Positions 25,527 through 32,000 of a stretch of DNA of 32,000 bases are shown here, one piece after another. Within the stretch, counting starts at the first letter, position 1. Each line of letters opens with the position of its first letter. The position numbers and the translations under genes were made by a program. The notes below the pieces were generated by a model. That model had not been told where the DNA came from, did no database searches, and saw only the letters and a list, made by a program, of their open reading frames with translations. Source of the stretch: Candidatus Lokiarchaeum ossiferum (lineage in GTDB: Archaea; Asgardarchaeota; Lokiarchaeia; Sigyniarchaeales; Promethearchaeaceae); assembly GCA_025839675.1 (NCBI GenBank), contig CP104013.1:5880001-5912000 (forward strand), written 5' to 3'.

Positions 25527-26144
25527 TTATTCTAAATATAATGCATTGAAATATTTCACCGAGAATTTTGAATTGTGAACATGATTAAATCCGGGAGATA
25601 AATTTTCTTGGAATAATGAGATCACTTCTGGATCATTTTCAATTCCTTCCATCAAAACCGCAGACATCAGAGGACCATCACCCCCATTAGTGCGATTTGG
25701 GATGATCTTTCCATCAATATGAGTGACTATTATGAAATCATCTGGGTGTTCTTCAAGCAATCTAAATGGTAACAAATATGTAAGATAACCATCTGTCGCT
25801 TCAAAACGAAAATATTGTGGGTTTTGTAATAGTTGCTTCATAGATTGTAGTACATCCCATACTCTGACCCCCGATATATTAAATGTTCTTGTCGTATTGT
25901 ACATATTTTTCCAGAAATAGGATACATTTTCAATTCTTGGAATTGAATCATCAATGAAATTTGAATAACCGATAAATGATTCTTGAGTTACTTCCCCATA
26001 AACGCGAACACACCATGTTTCTTCACACGATTCATATTTTTCCAGAATCTTCTGATATTCGACCCAATTATAAACAAAAAGACTTACCAAAATCCCGCTG
26101 AAAATTACTGTAAATAGAGCAATTCGAAGTGTCCGTTTTTTCAT
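25527..26144 (-). CDS. N-terminally anchored extracellular protein with one sulfite-oxidase/YedY-like (SUOX-fold-like) domain
   Basis: Signal anchor MKKRTLRIALFTVIFSGILVSLFV. The domain is FNISGVRVWDVLQSMKQLL..YFRFEATDGYLTYLLPFRLLEEHPDDFIIVTHIDGKIIP...GDGPLMSAV...HNSKFSVKYFNALYL. It is a clear paralogue of the next gene. The fold call is tentative. Confidence 0.45.
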   Translation of the reverse strand: MKKRTLRIALFTVIFSGILVSLFVYNWVEYQKILEKYESCEETWCVRVYGEVTQESFIGYSNFIDDSIPRIENVSYFWKNMYNTTRTFNISGVRVWDVLQSMKQLLQNPQYFRFEATDGYLTYLLPFRLLEEHPDDFIIVTHIDGKIIPNRTNGGDGPLMSAVLMEGIENDPEVISLFQENLSPGFNHVHNSKFSVKYFNALYLE

Positions 26145-26185
26145 TGTGAATCATGTGATGTAATTATAATAAAAAAAAGGAGATA

Positions 26186-27049
26186 TTAAATAAACTTGTT
26201 TCTTTTAGGAAAAATCGCTTGAATTGATAAAACGACACAAAATATTAATGAAAACACATGAAATCCCGGAATAGTTGGAAATTCATCCTTATTTCCAGTT
26301 GAATTTCCGCTTGTGGAATTGGTAGTTGAATTGCTTGTGGTGTTAGTTTCGGTGATAGTATTGTTTGTTGTTCCTTCTTCTGGTTGTTCAAATCCTGTTG
26401 GCTCATCTGAGATATAAATTGCAGCAACTCGTTGTGCAGATAATTTACTATTATGAACGAAATTTTCCCCTTCTTCAAACAAGTCTTTAAACATAGCTAT
26501 CATTTCTAAATCGTTTTCTATGGCCTTCATTTCCACTTCCATCCTTAGAGGGCCTTCGCTGGTCCCTATTAAAACTCCATTTTGATGAGTTGTAATGTAG
26601 ATGTCATTATTATGTTCCTTGAGAATTCGGATAGGAAGTTTCGCAAAAAGTGATCCAAATCCATATCCATCTTCTCCAATAAACTGTGCATAGGTGGCAT
26701 TTTCATTCAATAAATTAGAAGTATTTACTACATCCCAGAGTAAAGATCCTGAAATTTGATAAGTATATGAATTATTGAGTTTATTCACTCTCGTAAAACT
26801 TAGATCTTCGATCCTATCATAAGTTCCATTTCGCAATTCTTCTAATGATACAGTAAATTCTGTCTTTAATCCGGGACCATAAAAAAGAACTAAATTATTA
26901 TCATAATAACTTCTATAATCTACTGTATTAAGTCTCGTTGATGCAAAATTAAATGGAATGCCATAGAAAGGAATAATAAGAAAAAAGATAAAATAAATAA
27001 AACCTAAATTTCTCTTTCTATTCTTCAAAAAATTCTTCGATAAAGTCAT
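26186..27049 (-). CDS. Surface protein: one SUOX-fold-like domain, Thr/Asn/Ser-rich linker, PGF-CTERM anchor
   Basis: YQISGSLLWDVVNTSNLL..YAQFIGEDGYGFGSLFAKLPIRILKEHNNDIYITTHQNGVLIGTSEGPLRMEV...HNSKLSAQRVAAIYISDE is paralogous to the 205-aa protein. This is followed by TNNTITETNTTSNSTTNSTSGNSTGN and PTIPGFHVFSLIFCVVLSIQAIFPKRNKFI. Confidence 0.5.
   Translation of the reverse strand: MTLSKNFLKNRKRNLGFIYFIFFLIIPFYGIPFNFASTRLNTVDYRSYYDNNLVLFYGPGLKTEFTVSLEELRNGTYDRIEDLSFTRVNKLNNSYTYQISGSLLWDVVNTSNLLNENATYAQFIGEDGYGFGSLFAKLPIRILKEHNNDIYITTHQNGVLIGTSEGPLRMEVEMKAIENDLEMIAMFKDLFEEGENFVHNSKLSAQRVAAIYISDEPTGFEQPEEGTTNNTITETNTTSNSTTNSTSGNSTGNKDEFPTIPGFHVFSLIFCVVLSIQAIFPKRNKFI
26189..26278 (-). other. 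PGF-CTERM-type archaeal sorting signal (C-terminal 30 codons of the 287-aa protein)
   Basis: IPGF, then a hydrophobic helix, then a basic tail (KRNK), directly after a T/N/S-rich linker. This is the architecture of archaeosortase A substrates. Confidence 0.55.
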
Positions 27050-27050
27050 T

Positions 27051-28073
27051 TTATATTAACTCCTTGGAAGAAACTCCTCCTTTTTTGATAAATATAACCG
27101 AAATTATACTCATTCCCATTAAAAACATTAAAGGAATCGATGAAATTGTTTTATCTTCATTTTCATCAGTATTGGAATTGTCAGTCTCAGTCCCAGTACT
27201 TGAGGAATTCGTAGATGTATTGGTTGGGTTCAAAGACTCTAAGTAGGCATAATCAACAGAATTTGAAAAATCTAATTCGTGAGTCCAAGATATTGCATGG
27301 GCTTCTCCTCCGGTGATGTCCGCAGTTGCTAATGCAAATCGATATCTTCCCTCAGTCGAGTTACTAAAGTTAGAGAATTGTACATCAACATCAGGAGATA
27401 ATGTCGTAAGAGGTCTTCGGATTTCAAGTTGATATTGATATGTGAAATAATCCCAGTTCCCATATATCATGGCGGCTTCTGGATCCCGATAAATCCCTGT
27501 TTCTGCTTCTAACCAAGATTGATCGTCATGGCATTGATCGATAAGATCATAGACTCCAGAATTGTTTGCCTTTGTATTACGTGCCCATAACCAATTATCA
27601 ACTCGGGCACCGGGCTCGGTTGTCAGCATACTGTTAGATTCTAAATACATTCCCACTGAATAATTTGTACAATTAATATTCCAGCAAAGCATAAATAAAT
27701 CTCGTTGATTTACTGGTAAATCGAAAGAATTATCATTCCAGCCAGCCAGGATATACAGATCCGTATCATCAAATACCCATTGAACATGAATATATGTTTT
27801 AAAGTAATATTCGCTCTGATTATTGCTTCCCGCCGCAACAATATATCGATAGACATCTTCACGATTCCATACAGATTCATTGCCAATTCCATCCAAGGTT
27901 ATTTCTGGATTTGCAATGTATCGGGCATAATGACGGGTAATTCCATGATGATCCATGCAATCTTCATCACTATCTCCCCAATCTGCAGCAATAAAAGAAA
28001 TAGGTGAAACCAGAATAAATCCTAAAAATACAACAATAGGAAACAGTAATTTCTTATTCGTTTGTTTTTTCAT
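27051..28073 (-). CDS. Surface protein with DOMON-superfamily (EB_dh / CBD9-like) domain, S/T/N-rich linker and C-terminal TM anchor
   Basis: Sec-type signal MKKQTNKKLLFPIVVFLGFILVSPISFIAA. EITLDGIGNESVWNRED (the IDG...W opening of CBD9/EB_dh domains), WVFDDTDLYILAGWNDNSFD and VDNWLWARNTKANNSGVYDLID (the DxWxW...g..D motif I associate with EB_dh). Then NPTNTSTNSSSTGTETDNSNTDENED and SSIPLMFLMGMSIISVIFIKKGG. Confidence 0.45.
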   Translation of the reverse strand: MKKQTNKKLLFPIVVFLGFILVSPISFIAADWGDSDEDCMDHHGITRHYARYIANPEITLDGIGNESVWNREDVYRYIVAAGSNNQSEYYFKTYIHVQWVFDDTDLYILAGWNDNSFDLPVNQRDLFMLCWNINCTNYSVGMYLESNSMLTTEPGARVDNWLWARNTKANNSGVYDLIDQCHDDQSWLEAETGIYRDPEAAMIYGNWDYFTYQYQLEIRRPLTTLSPDVDVQFSNFSNSTEGRYRFALATADITGGEAHAISWTHELDFSNSVDYAYLESLNPTNTSTNSSSTGTETDNSNTDENEDKTISSIPLMFLMGMSIISVIFIKKGGVSSKELI

Positions 28074-28148
28074 GATAGAAAATCCATTCCTTGACAGTAA
28101 ATTAAAAAAGAAAAAAATTATCTTGTTTAAGTTTTCTAGTCCAATTTA

Positions 28149-30314
28149 CTATTTTCTGCGACGTAAAGTAATAAACAGAATTGTGCTAACACTTGCGATC
28201 ACTAAAAACCCTGGTAAAAATCCTGGAATTGATGATTTTGTTTCTGTTGTTGTGGTTGTAGTGGTTGAATTGGTCGTTGTTGTATTGGTTGTTGTTGGAA
28301 GTTGTGTCGTAGGTAATAAGGTGACACGTACTTCAACAATTAATCCGATATAGCTACCCTTTGATAAACCGGGTGCAATAAATTGGTAGGGTCCGCGATG
28401 ATAGCCAACGATATCTCCTTCTGTTTCATTCATGAGAATTGCGATTTTATTTTCATTATCTATATCCTCATTGATAAATCCATGCTCAATATCCCCTTTG
28501 GAGAAGACTTTATTCCCACCGTATCCATCTAAGGCTATAACACTTACACTATAGTTTTGATCTCCATCGTTCACGAATGTTGCGATGATGCTTGCTAAGG
28601 TAAATCCGCTGCATTCGACTTGATCTCCATCAGAATTTGGCCAACCATATCCTTCATCGGAATATCCCCAATCGTAACTCTCATAATCTCCTACTGAAGC
28701 GGTTGTATTTTGACTGCTAAAATATCCTGCTAAGGTTCCATTTAGCGTCACATTTACTTTCCAATAATCCCCAAGAATAATCTGGTTGACATCTTTTACT
28801 TTCTGATTATCTTCAAGTTCATCTCCATAAACTCGAAAATCGCCGTTTGATTCTTGGTAATCCGCTAACCATTCCATGGTACCACTATTGTTAACCATGA
28901 AAGCAACAATGGTTGCGTTGTTATCACTGTACTTATTAAAATTAGGATCACGTAATAACAAGTCTTTCATTTCAAACTCGGATGAATGGCCGTCTGCTGC
29001 ACTTATATTTATTGTCCATGCATCACCCCATCCTTCTACTTCTAATAAATGGACTGGATTAAATCCAAAAACTTCTACTGTATCACTAATATTCATTGAA
29101 GAAATTTCAATTTGGTGGTAATTAATATCATTATACATCAAAATATCATCAAGACTGTAGGTTGAATTCACTCCATTCTTTGTCATATTGATTGTGGTTG
29201 ATGGAACTGCTGTTGAAGGTAAATTTGGTGTATACCAGTTCATATCATCAACAGTTACTCGAATTTCTACAATTCCTCCAATATAATTTCCTTTACTCGC
29301 TCCTGGAGCAATAAATTGGAAAGGTCCTCGATAGTATCCTAACTGTTCACCATCAGAAACATTCATTAAAATGGGTTGCTTGCCTTCATTATTGAAACTA
29401 TCCATACCTAATACCATATCTTTTTGATCAAATACCTTATTGGCTCCGTATCCATCAAATGCGATAAAAGATACTTCATAAAAATCATTATCATCAACAA
29501 ATGGATCTAGTATACTTTCTACTGTAAATCCCGTACATGAAACAGGTGTTCCTTCACTATCTGGCCAACCATATCCTTCATCAGAATAGCCCCAATCATA
29601 AGTTGTGTAATTTCCAAGGCTTGTAGAATTCGCTGTATTAATAAATCCCACTATTTCTTCATCAACAACTATATCGACTTTCCATTCCTTATTGTATTCA
29701 ATTGTAGTCACATTTTTAATTTTTAAATTTTCGGCAATATTTTCACCAAAAACACGAAAATATTCATTTGTTTCTTCAGCATCAAAATCATCAAGCCAAT
29801 GCATTACATCATTAATTTCAATTGCTAATCCAATCATGATGGAATAACTTGCATCTGTATATTTATAAAATTCGCCATCAGAAAGGATGATATCAGAAAC
29901 ATTGAAGGTATTTTCGTTACCATCAAAAGAAGTTATATTAATACTCCCTGCATCTGCCCATCCTAAGACTTCAAGTAAATATAGTGGGTTTATACCATAA
30001 ACTGTTGCTGTTTCATTATAGTCAAAGCTATAAAGTGGGAATGTATGATTCTCATATTTTGTATAATTTAAGATTTGTTCTAAAGTAAAGATGGTAATAA
30101 GACTATCTCTTTTAAATTCTAATGAAACATCTGGAGTCTCACCTGAGGGATAAGTAAAATTTAACCATCCATCATCTGCTGAAGATGGTTTAATGTCTTC
30201 TTTGTATATAACATCCATATCGGTTGTATTTGCAAAAGTGGGAACTGCAAAATTAGCAAATAACATTGATATACAGATGATTGAAAGAATTATCGGTGTT
30301 TTTTTCATATTCAT
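28149..30314 (-). CDS. Large surface protein: 2 x (~310-aa unit of two SUOX-fold-like domains), poly-Thr linker, PGF-CTERM anchor
   Basis: Sec-type signal MNMKKTPIILSIICISMLFANFAVPTFA; I prefer the ATG at 30314 (or 30308) over the GTG at 30353. Contains an internal duplication (see repeat feature). The YedY-like strings are VSCTGFTVESIL...FIAFDGYGANKVF...GYYRGPFQFIAPGASKGNYIGGIVEIRV and the second copy VECSGFTLASII...VIALDGYGGNKVF...GYHRGPYQFIAPGLSKGSYIGLIVEVRV. More than 20 N-x-S/T sequons. Confidence 0.55.
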   Translation of the reverse strand: MNMKKTPIILSIICISMLFANFAVPTFANTTDMDVIYKEDIKPSSADDGWLNFTYPSGETPDVSLEFKRDSLITIFTLEQILNYTKYENHTFPLYSFDYNETATVYGINPLYLLEVLGWADAGSINITSFDGNENTFNVSDIILSDGEFYKYTDASYSIMIGLAIEINDVMHWLDDFDAEETNEYFRVFGENIAENLKIKNVTTIEYNKEWKVDIVVDEEIVGFINTANSTSLGNYTTYDWGYSDEGYGWPDSEGTPVSCTGFTVESILDPFVDDNDFYEVSFIAFDGYGANKVFDQKDMVLGMDSFNNEGKQPILMNVSDGEQLGYYRGPFQFIAPGASKGNYIGGIVEIRVTVDDMNWYTPNLPSTAVPSTTINMTKNGVNSTYSLDDILMYNDINYHQIEISSMNISDTVEVFGFNPVHLLEVEGWGDAWTINISAADGHSSEFEMKDLLLRDPNFNKYSDNNATIVAFMVNNSGTMEWLADYQESNGDFRVYGDELEDNQKVKDVNQIILGDYWKVNVTLNGTLAGYFSSQNTTASVGDYESYDWGYSDEGYGWPNSDGDQVECSGFTLASIIATFVNDGDQNYSVSVIALDGYGGNKVFSKGDIEHGFINEDIDNENKIAILMNETEGDIVGYHRGPYQFIAPGLSKGSYIGLIVEVRVTLLPTTQLPTTTNTTTTNSTTTTTTTETKSSIPGFLPGFLVIASVSTILFITLRRRK
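28152..28235 (-). other. PGF-CTERM archaeal sorting signal with duplicated PGFL
   Basis: SSIPGFLPGFLVIASVSTILFITLRRRK is preceded by LPTTQLPTTTNTTTTNSTTTTTTTETK (28236-28316). Confidence 0.65.
28320..30176 (-). repeat. Intragenic tandem duplication, two ~310-codon units (about 29250-30176 and 28320-29240)
   Basis: Matching strings sit at a constant 308-311 residue offset: VYGINPLYLLEVLGW / VFGFNPVHLLEVEGW, YDWGYSDEGYGWPDSEG / YDWGYSDEGYGWPNSDG, and GYYRGPFQFIAPG / GYHRGPYQFIAPG. DNA-level similarity is still visible, e.g. ccaaccatatccttcatc at 28641 and 29567. Confidence 0.85.
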
Positions 30315-30555
30315 CACATTAAATACGTATAATATTTGTCTAATATCTCTCACAGTATTAATTGGTCGATATTAACAATGAAACATAACGATGTTTTTCT
30401 AATTAAGTTTTTCTTTTTATAATACCCGATCTCAAGATAAAAACTTCAAGAAAGTGTTTTTGGACAAAATGATTCACTTTAGTAAATAATTTTTCAAAGT
30501 ATAGGGGCATTAATATTAATATTTGATCTTGAACTAAACTAATCAGAAAATAACT

Positions 30556-31596
30556 ATGGATATTAAACAAGAAACATGGGGGAAATACAAGTTAATTATT
30601 GTTGCCGATCCAGAGACGAATTTTTTAGTCAAACTCTCAACTTTTGGAGCCACTTTAGTTGATATTCAACTTCCAGATCGCAATGGGGATTTATCTTCAG
30701 TAACTTATTCACATTCGTCTCCGGAAGACTATAAAAATAAAGTGGGGTATTTTGGGGCTTCAGTAGGTAGAGTGGCTAACCGTATTGGAAATGCTAAATT
30801 TGAATTGGATGGAGAAGTTTATTCTCTAAATAAAAATAATGGAAAACATTGTTTGCATGGAGGAAAGAAGGGTTTTTCTTATAAAGAGTGGGTCTTAGAA
30901 GGGATTCGGCATGATTCAATGAAAAATAATGTGCGAATAACCTTCCAATATATTAGTCCTGATGGTGAAGAAGGATTTCCAGGACAAATGACTACTCAAA
31001 TCACTTATATTGTATCTCCGATGAGTATTGGGTGGGAATTCACTGCATCAACCACCAAACCTTCGATTGTTAACCTTACTAATCATGCTTATTGGAATTT
31101 GAATGGACTTCATAGTTCAATTGAATCTCATGATTTAACATTATATGCAGATTCATTTAGCATTAATGATGATTCTTGTCTTCCCACAGGTGAATTAGGT
31201 AATGTGGCAGAATATAACGTGGATTTTCGTGAAAAAAGGAATATCAAGCTAGCTCTTGAGCAATTTGGAGATATTGATAATAATTTCTTTCTCACCGGAT
31301 ATCAGTTCAAAAAGGATAAAACCGATTTATTCCTTGCTGCAAAATTATGGTCTCCCCTTTCTGGGAGAAAAATGGTTGTTGAAACTACTGAACCTTGTAT
31401 TCAAATCTACACTGGAAATTTCATGGGCAATATCGTGGCAAATGGAATTAAGTGTAAAAAACACAGTGCCATATGCTTGGAAACTCAAAAAATACCAAAT
31501 GCAATTAATTTACCTGAGTTCGCAGATTCTGTTATCCTTCGTCCAGACGAAAAATACTATCATAAAACTGTTCATACCTTCAGCATTCAAAAATAA
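30556..31596 (+). CDS. galM: Aldose 1-epimerase (galactose mutarotase family)
   Basis: GATLVDIQLPDRNG, YFGASVGRVANRIGNAKFELDGEVYSLNKNNGKHCLHGGKKGF, NLTNHAYWNL and CLETQKIPNAIN are the canonical Aldose_epim motifs, including the catalytic His/Glu contexts. Confidence 0.85.
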   Translation: MDIKQETWGKYKLIIVADPETNFLVKLSTFGATLVDIQLPDRNGDLSSVTYSHSSPEDYKNKVGYFGASVGRVANRIGNAKFELDGEVYSLNKNNGKHCLHGGKKGFSYKEWVLEGIRHDSMKNNVRITFQYISPDGEEGFPGQMTTQITYIVSPMSIGWEFTASTTKPSIVNLTNHAYWNLNGLHSSIESHDLTLYADSFSINDDSCLPTGELGNVAEYNVDFREKRNIKLALEQFGDIDNNFFLTGYQFKKDKTDLFLAAKLWSPLSGRKMVVETTEPCIQIYTGNFMGNIVANGIKCKKHSAICLETQKIPNAINLPEFADSVILRPDEKYYHKTVHTFSIQK

Positions 31597-31689
31597 TTTT
31601 TTCAATATTTTTTAATACCTTCTTAATTTTTAATTCATACTAACCCCTTTATCAAGGATATCAAAAACTGGTCGGGTCATTAAAACAAA

Positions 31690-32000
31690 ATGCATATTAA
31701 AAAAATACTTGTTACAGGGGTTTTTGGTTCATTTGGTGCCATTTTTCGGTTTTTAATATATGAAATTATGTCCGTGTTTGTAGATGTTCCATCTTTTTAT
31801 TCAACTATGGTTGTAAATGTAATTGGCAGTTTCCTTTTGAGTTACTGTGTTCAAAGACAACTAACAACTTTAAACCACAATGAATTTCTTTCAGGGCTTG
31901 CACATTATAAAACAGAAATTTTAGGTGGGTTAATTGGTGCCTTTACCACATTTTCAACCGTAATTTATGAAATTTCACTCTTCAATCACTCTGGGGACTA
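31690..32000 (+). CDS. crcB: CrcB/FluC fluoride channel, N-terminal ~103 codons (runs off the window end)
   Basis: Absent from the ORF track because it is truncated. The frame from the ATG at 31690 is open to the window end. Translation: MHIKKILVTGVFGSFGAIFRFLIYE...STMVVNVIGSFLLSY...ILGGLIGAFTTFSTV. The (T)xxVNxxGSFLLG and GGxxGxFTTFST motifs are CrcB hallmarks. Confidence 0.75.
   Translation, partial: MHIKKILVTGVFGSFGAIFRFLIYEIMSVFVDVPSFYSTMVVNVIGSFLLSYCVQRQLTTLNHNEFLSGLAHYKTEILGGLIGAFTTFSTVIYEISLFNHSGD

Noticed and set aside
27955-28353. 132-aa + strand ORF with a striking poly-Val stretch (VVVVVVELVVVVLVVV)
   Set aside because: The Val run is the mirror image of the poly-Thr linker (ACN codons read as NGT on the other strand) of the 734-aa protein. 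It is not an independent gene.
25527-30353. Calling the repeated domains active molybdoenzymes (sulfite oxidase / MsrP orthologues)
   Set aside because: The similarity is pattern-level only. Four of the six copies lack the candidate Cys, and all the proteins have Sec-type rather than Tat signals. I report a SUOX-like fold hypothesis, not an enzymatic function.
25381-30375. Short ORFs inside the surface-protein operon (25381-25578, 26245-26478, 27064-27246, 27710-27892, 27780-28007, 28876-29121, 30193-30375)
   Set aside because: They are antisense or alternative-frame readings of the paralogous surface-protein genes. The real frames are validated by paralogy and internal repeats.
31256-31615. 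119-aa + strand ORF overlapping the end of galM
   Set aside because: It is an alternative frame inside the aldose 1-epimerase gene, whose own frame carries canonical motifs to its C-terminus.
31597-31689. Possible fluoride riboswitch upstream of crcB
   Set aside because: I looked for the conserved crcB-motif elements (GGnGAUG..., the pseudoknot-forming CUGAUG.. and CCUAC-like strings). The 93-nt spacer (…ctaacccctttatcaaggatatcaaaaactggtcgggtcatt…) contains none of them.
1-32000. Mobile element, prophage, defence island, CRISPR array, tRNA or rRNA
   Set aside because: I found no integrase, transposase, Cas, restriction or toxin-like ORFs. There are no regularly spaced direct repeats, no inverted terminal repeats, and no GC-rich structured segments of tRNA or rRNA type in any intergenic region.

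Overview
AT-rich, gene-dense chromosomal segment with about 29 protein-coding genes and short spacers. I see no rRNA, tRNA, CRISPR array, transposase or integrase. It reads as archaeal: a DRG-type GTPase (archaea/eukaryote family), PGF-CTERM-type C-terminal sorting signals behind Thr/Ser/Asn-rich linkers, TATA-like boxes about 25-27 nt upstream of some start codons, and Asn/Ile/Lys-rich proteins. An Asgard (Lokiarchaeia-like) origin is only a guess. Blocks: (i) 1-5369, minus strand: a tight five-gene array of GT2 glycosyltransferase, BshB-like PIG-L deacetylase, BshC-like protein with an inserted Cys4 zinc ribbon, amidohydrolase and DUF711. This looks like a variant bacillithiol-type glycoside-thiol pathway. 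(ii) 5741-9622: drg, two tandem MscS-family channels and an orphan ABC-2-like fragment. (iii) 9940-14534: a NosD/NosF/NosY-like module without nosZ, plus a membrane protein and an ArsR-type regulator. (iv) 14546-21188: an SDR strikingly like eukaryotic 3-ketodihydrosphingosine reductase, a 7-TM protein, two GNAT-like proteins, a eukaryote-type D-serine-dehydratase-like PLP enzyme and a cytosolic vWA protein. (v) 21315-25501: an ECF transporter with EcfA-EcfA'-EcfT fused into one 867-aa polypeptide and a YkoE-like S component, split by an opposite-strand kinase-fold gene. (vi) 25527-30353, minus strand: an operon of Sec-exported, sequon-rich, C-terminally anchored surface proteins. They are built from six copies of a sulfite-oxidase/YedY-like domain plus one DOMON/EB_dh-like domain, and this is my top candidate for an undescribed system. 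(vii) galM and a partial crcB. All family calls are motif recognition by eye on the translations; no searches were run.
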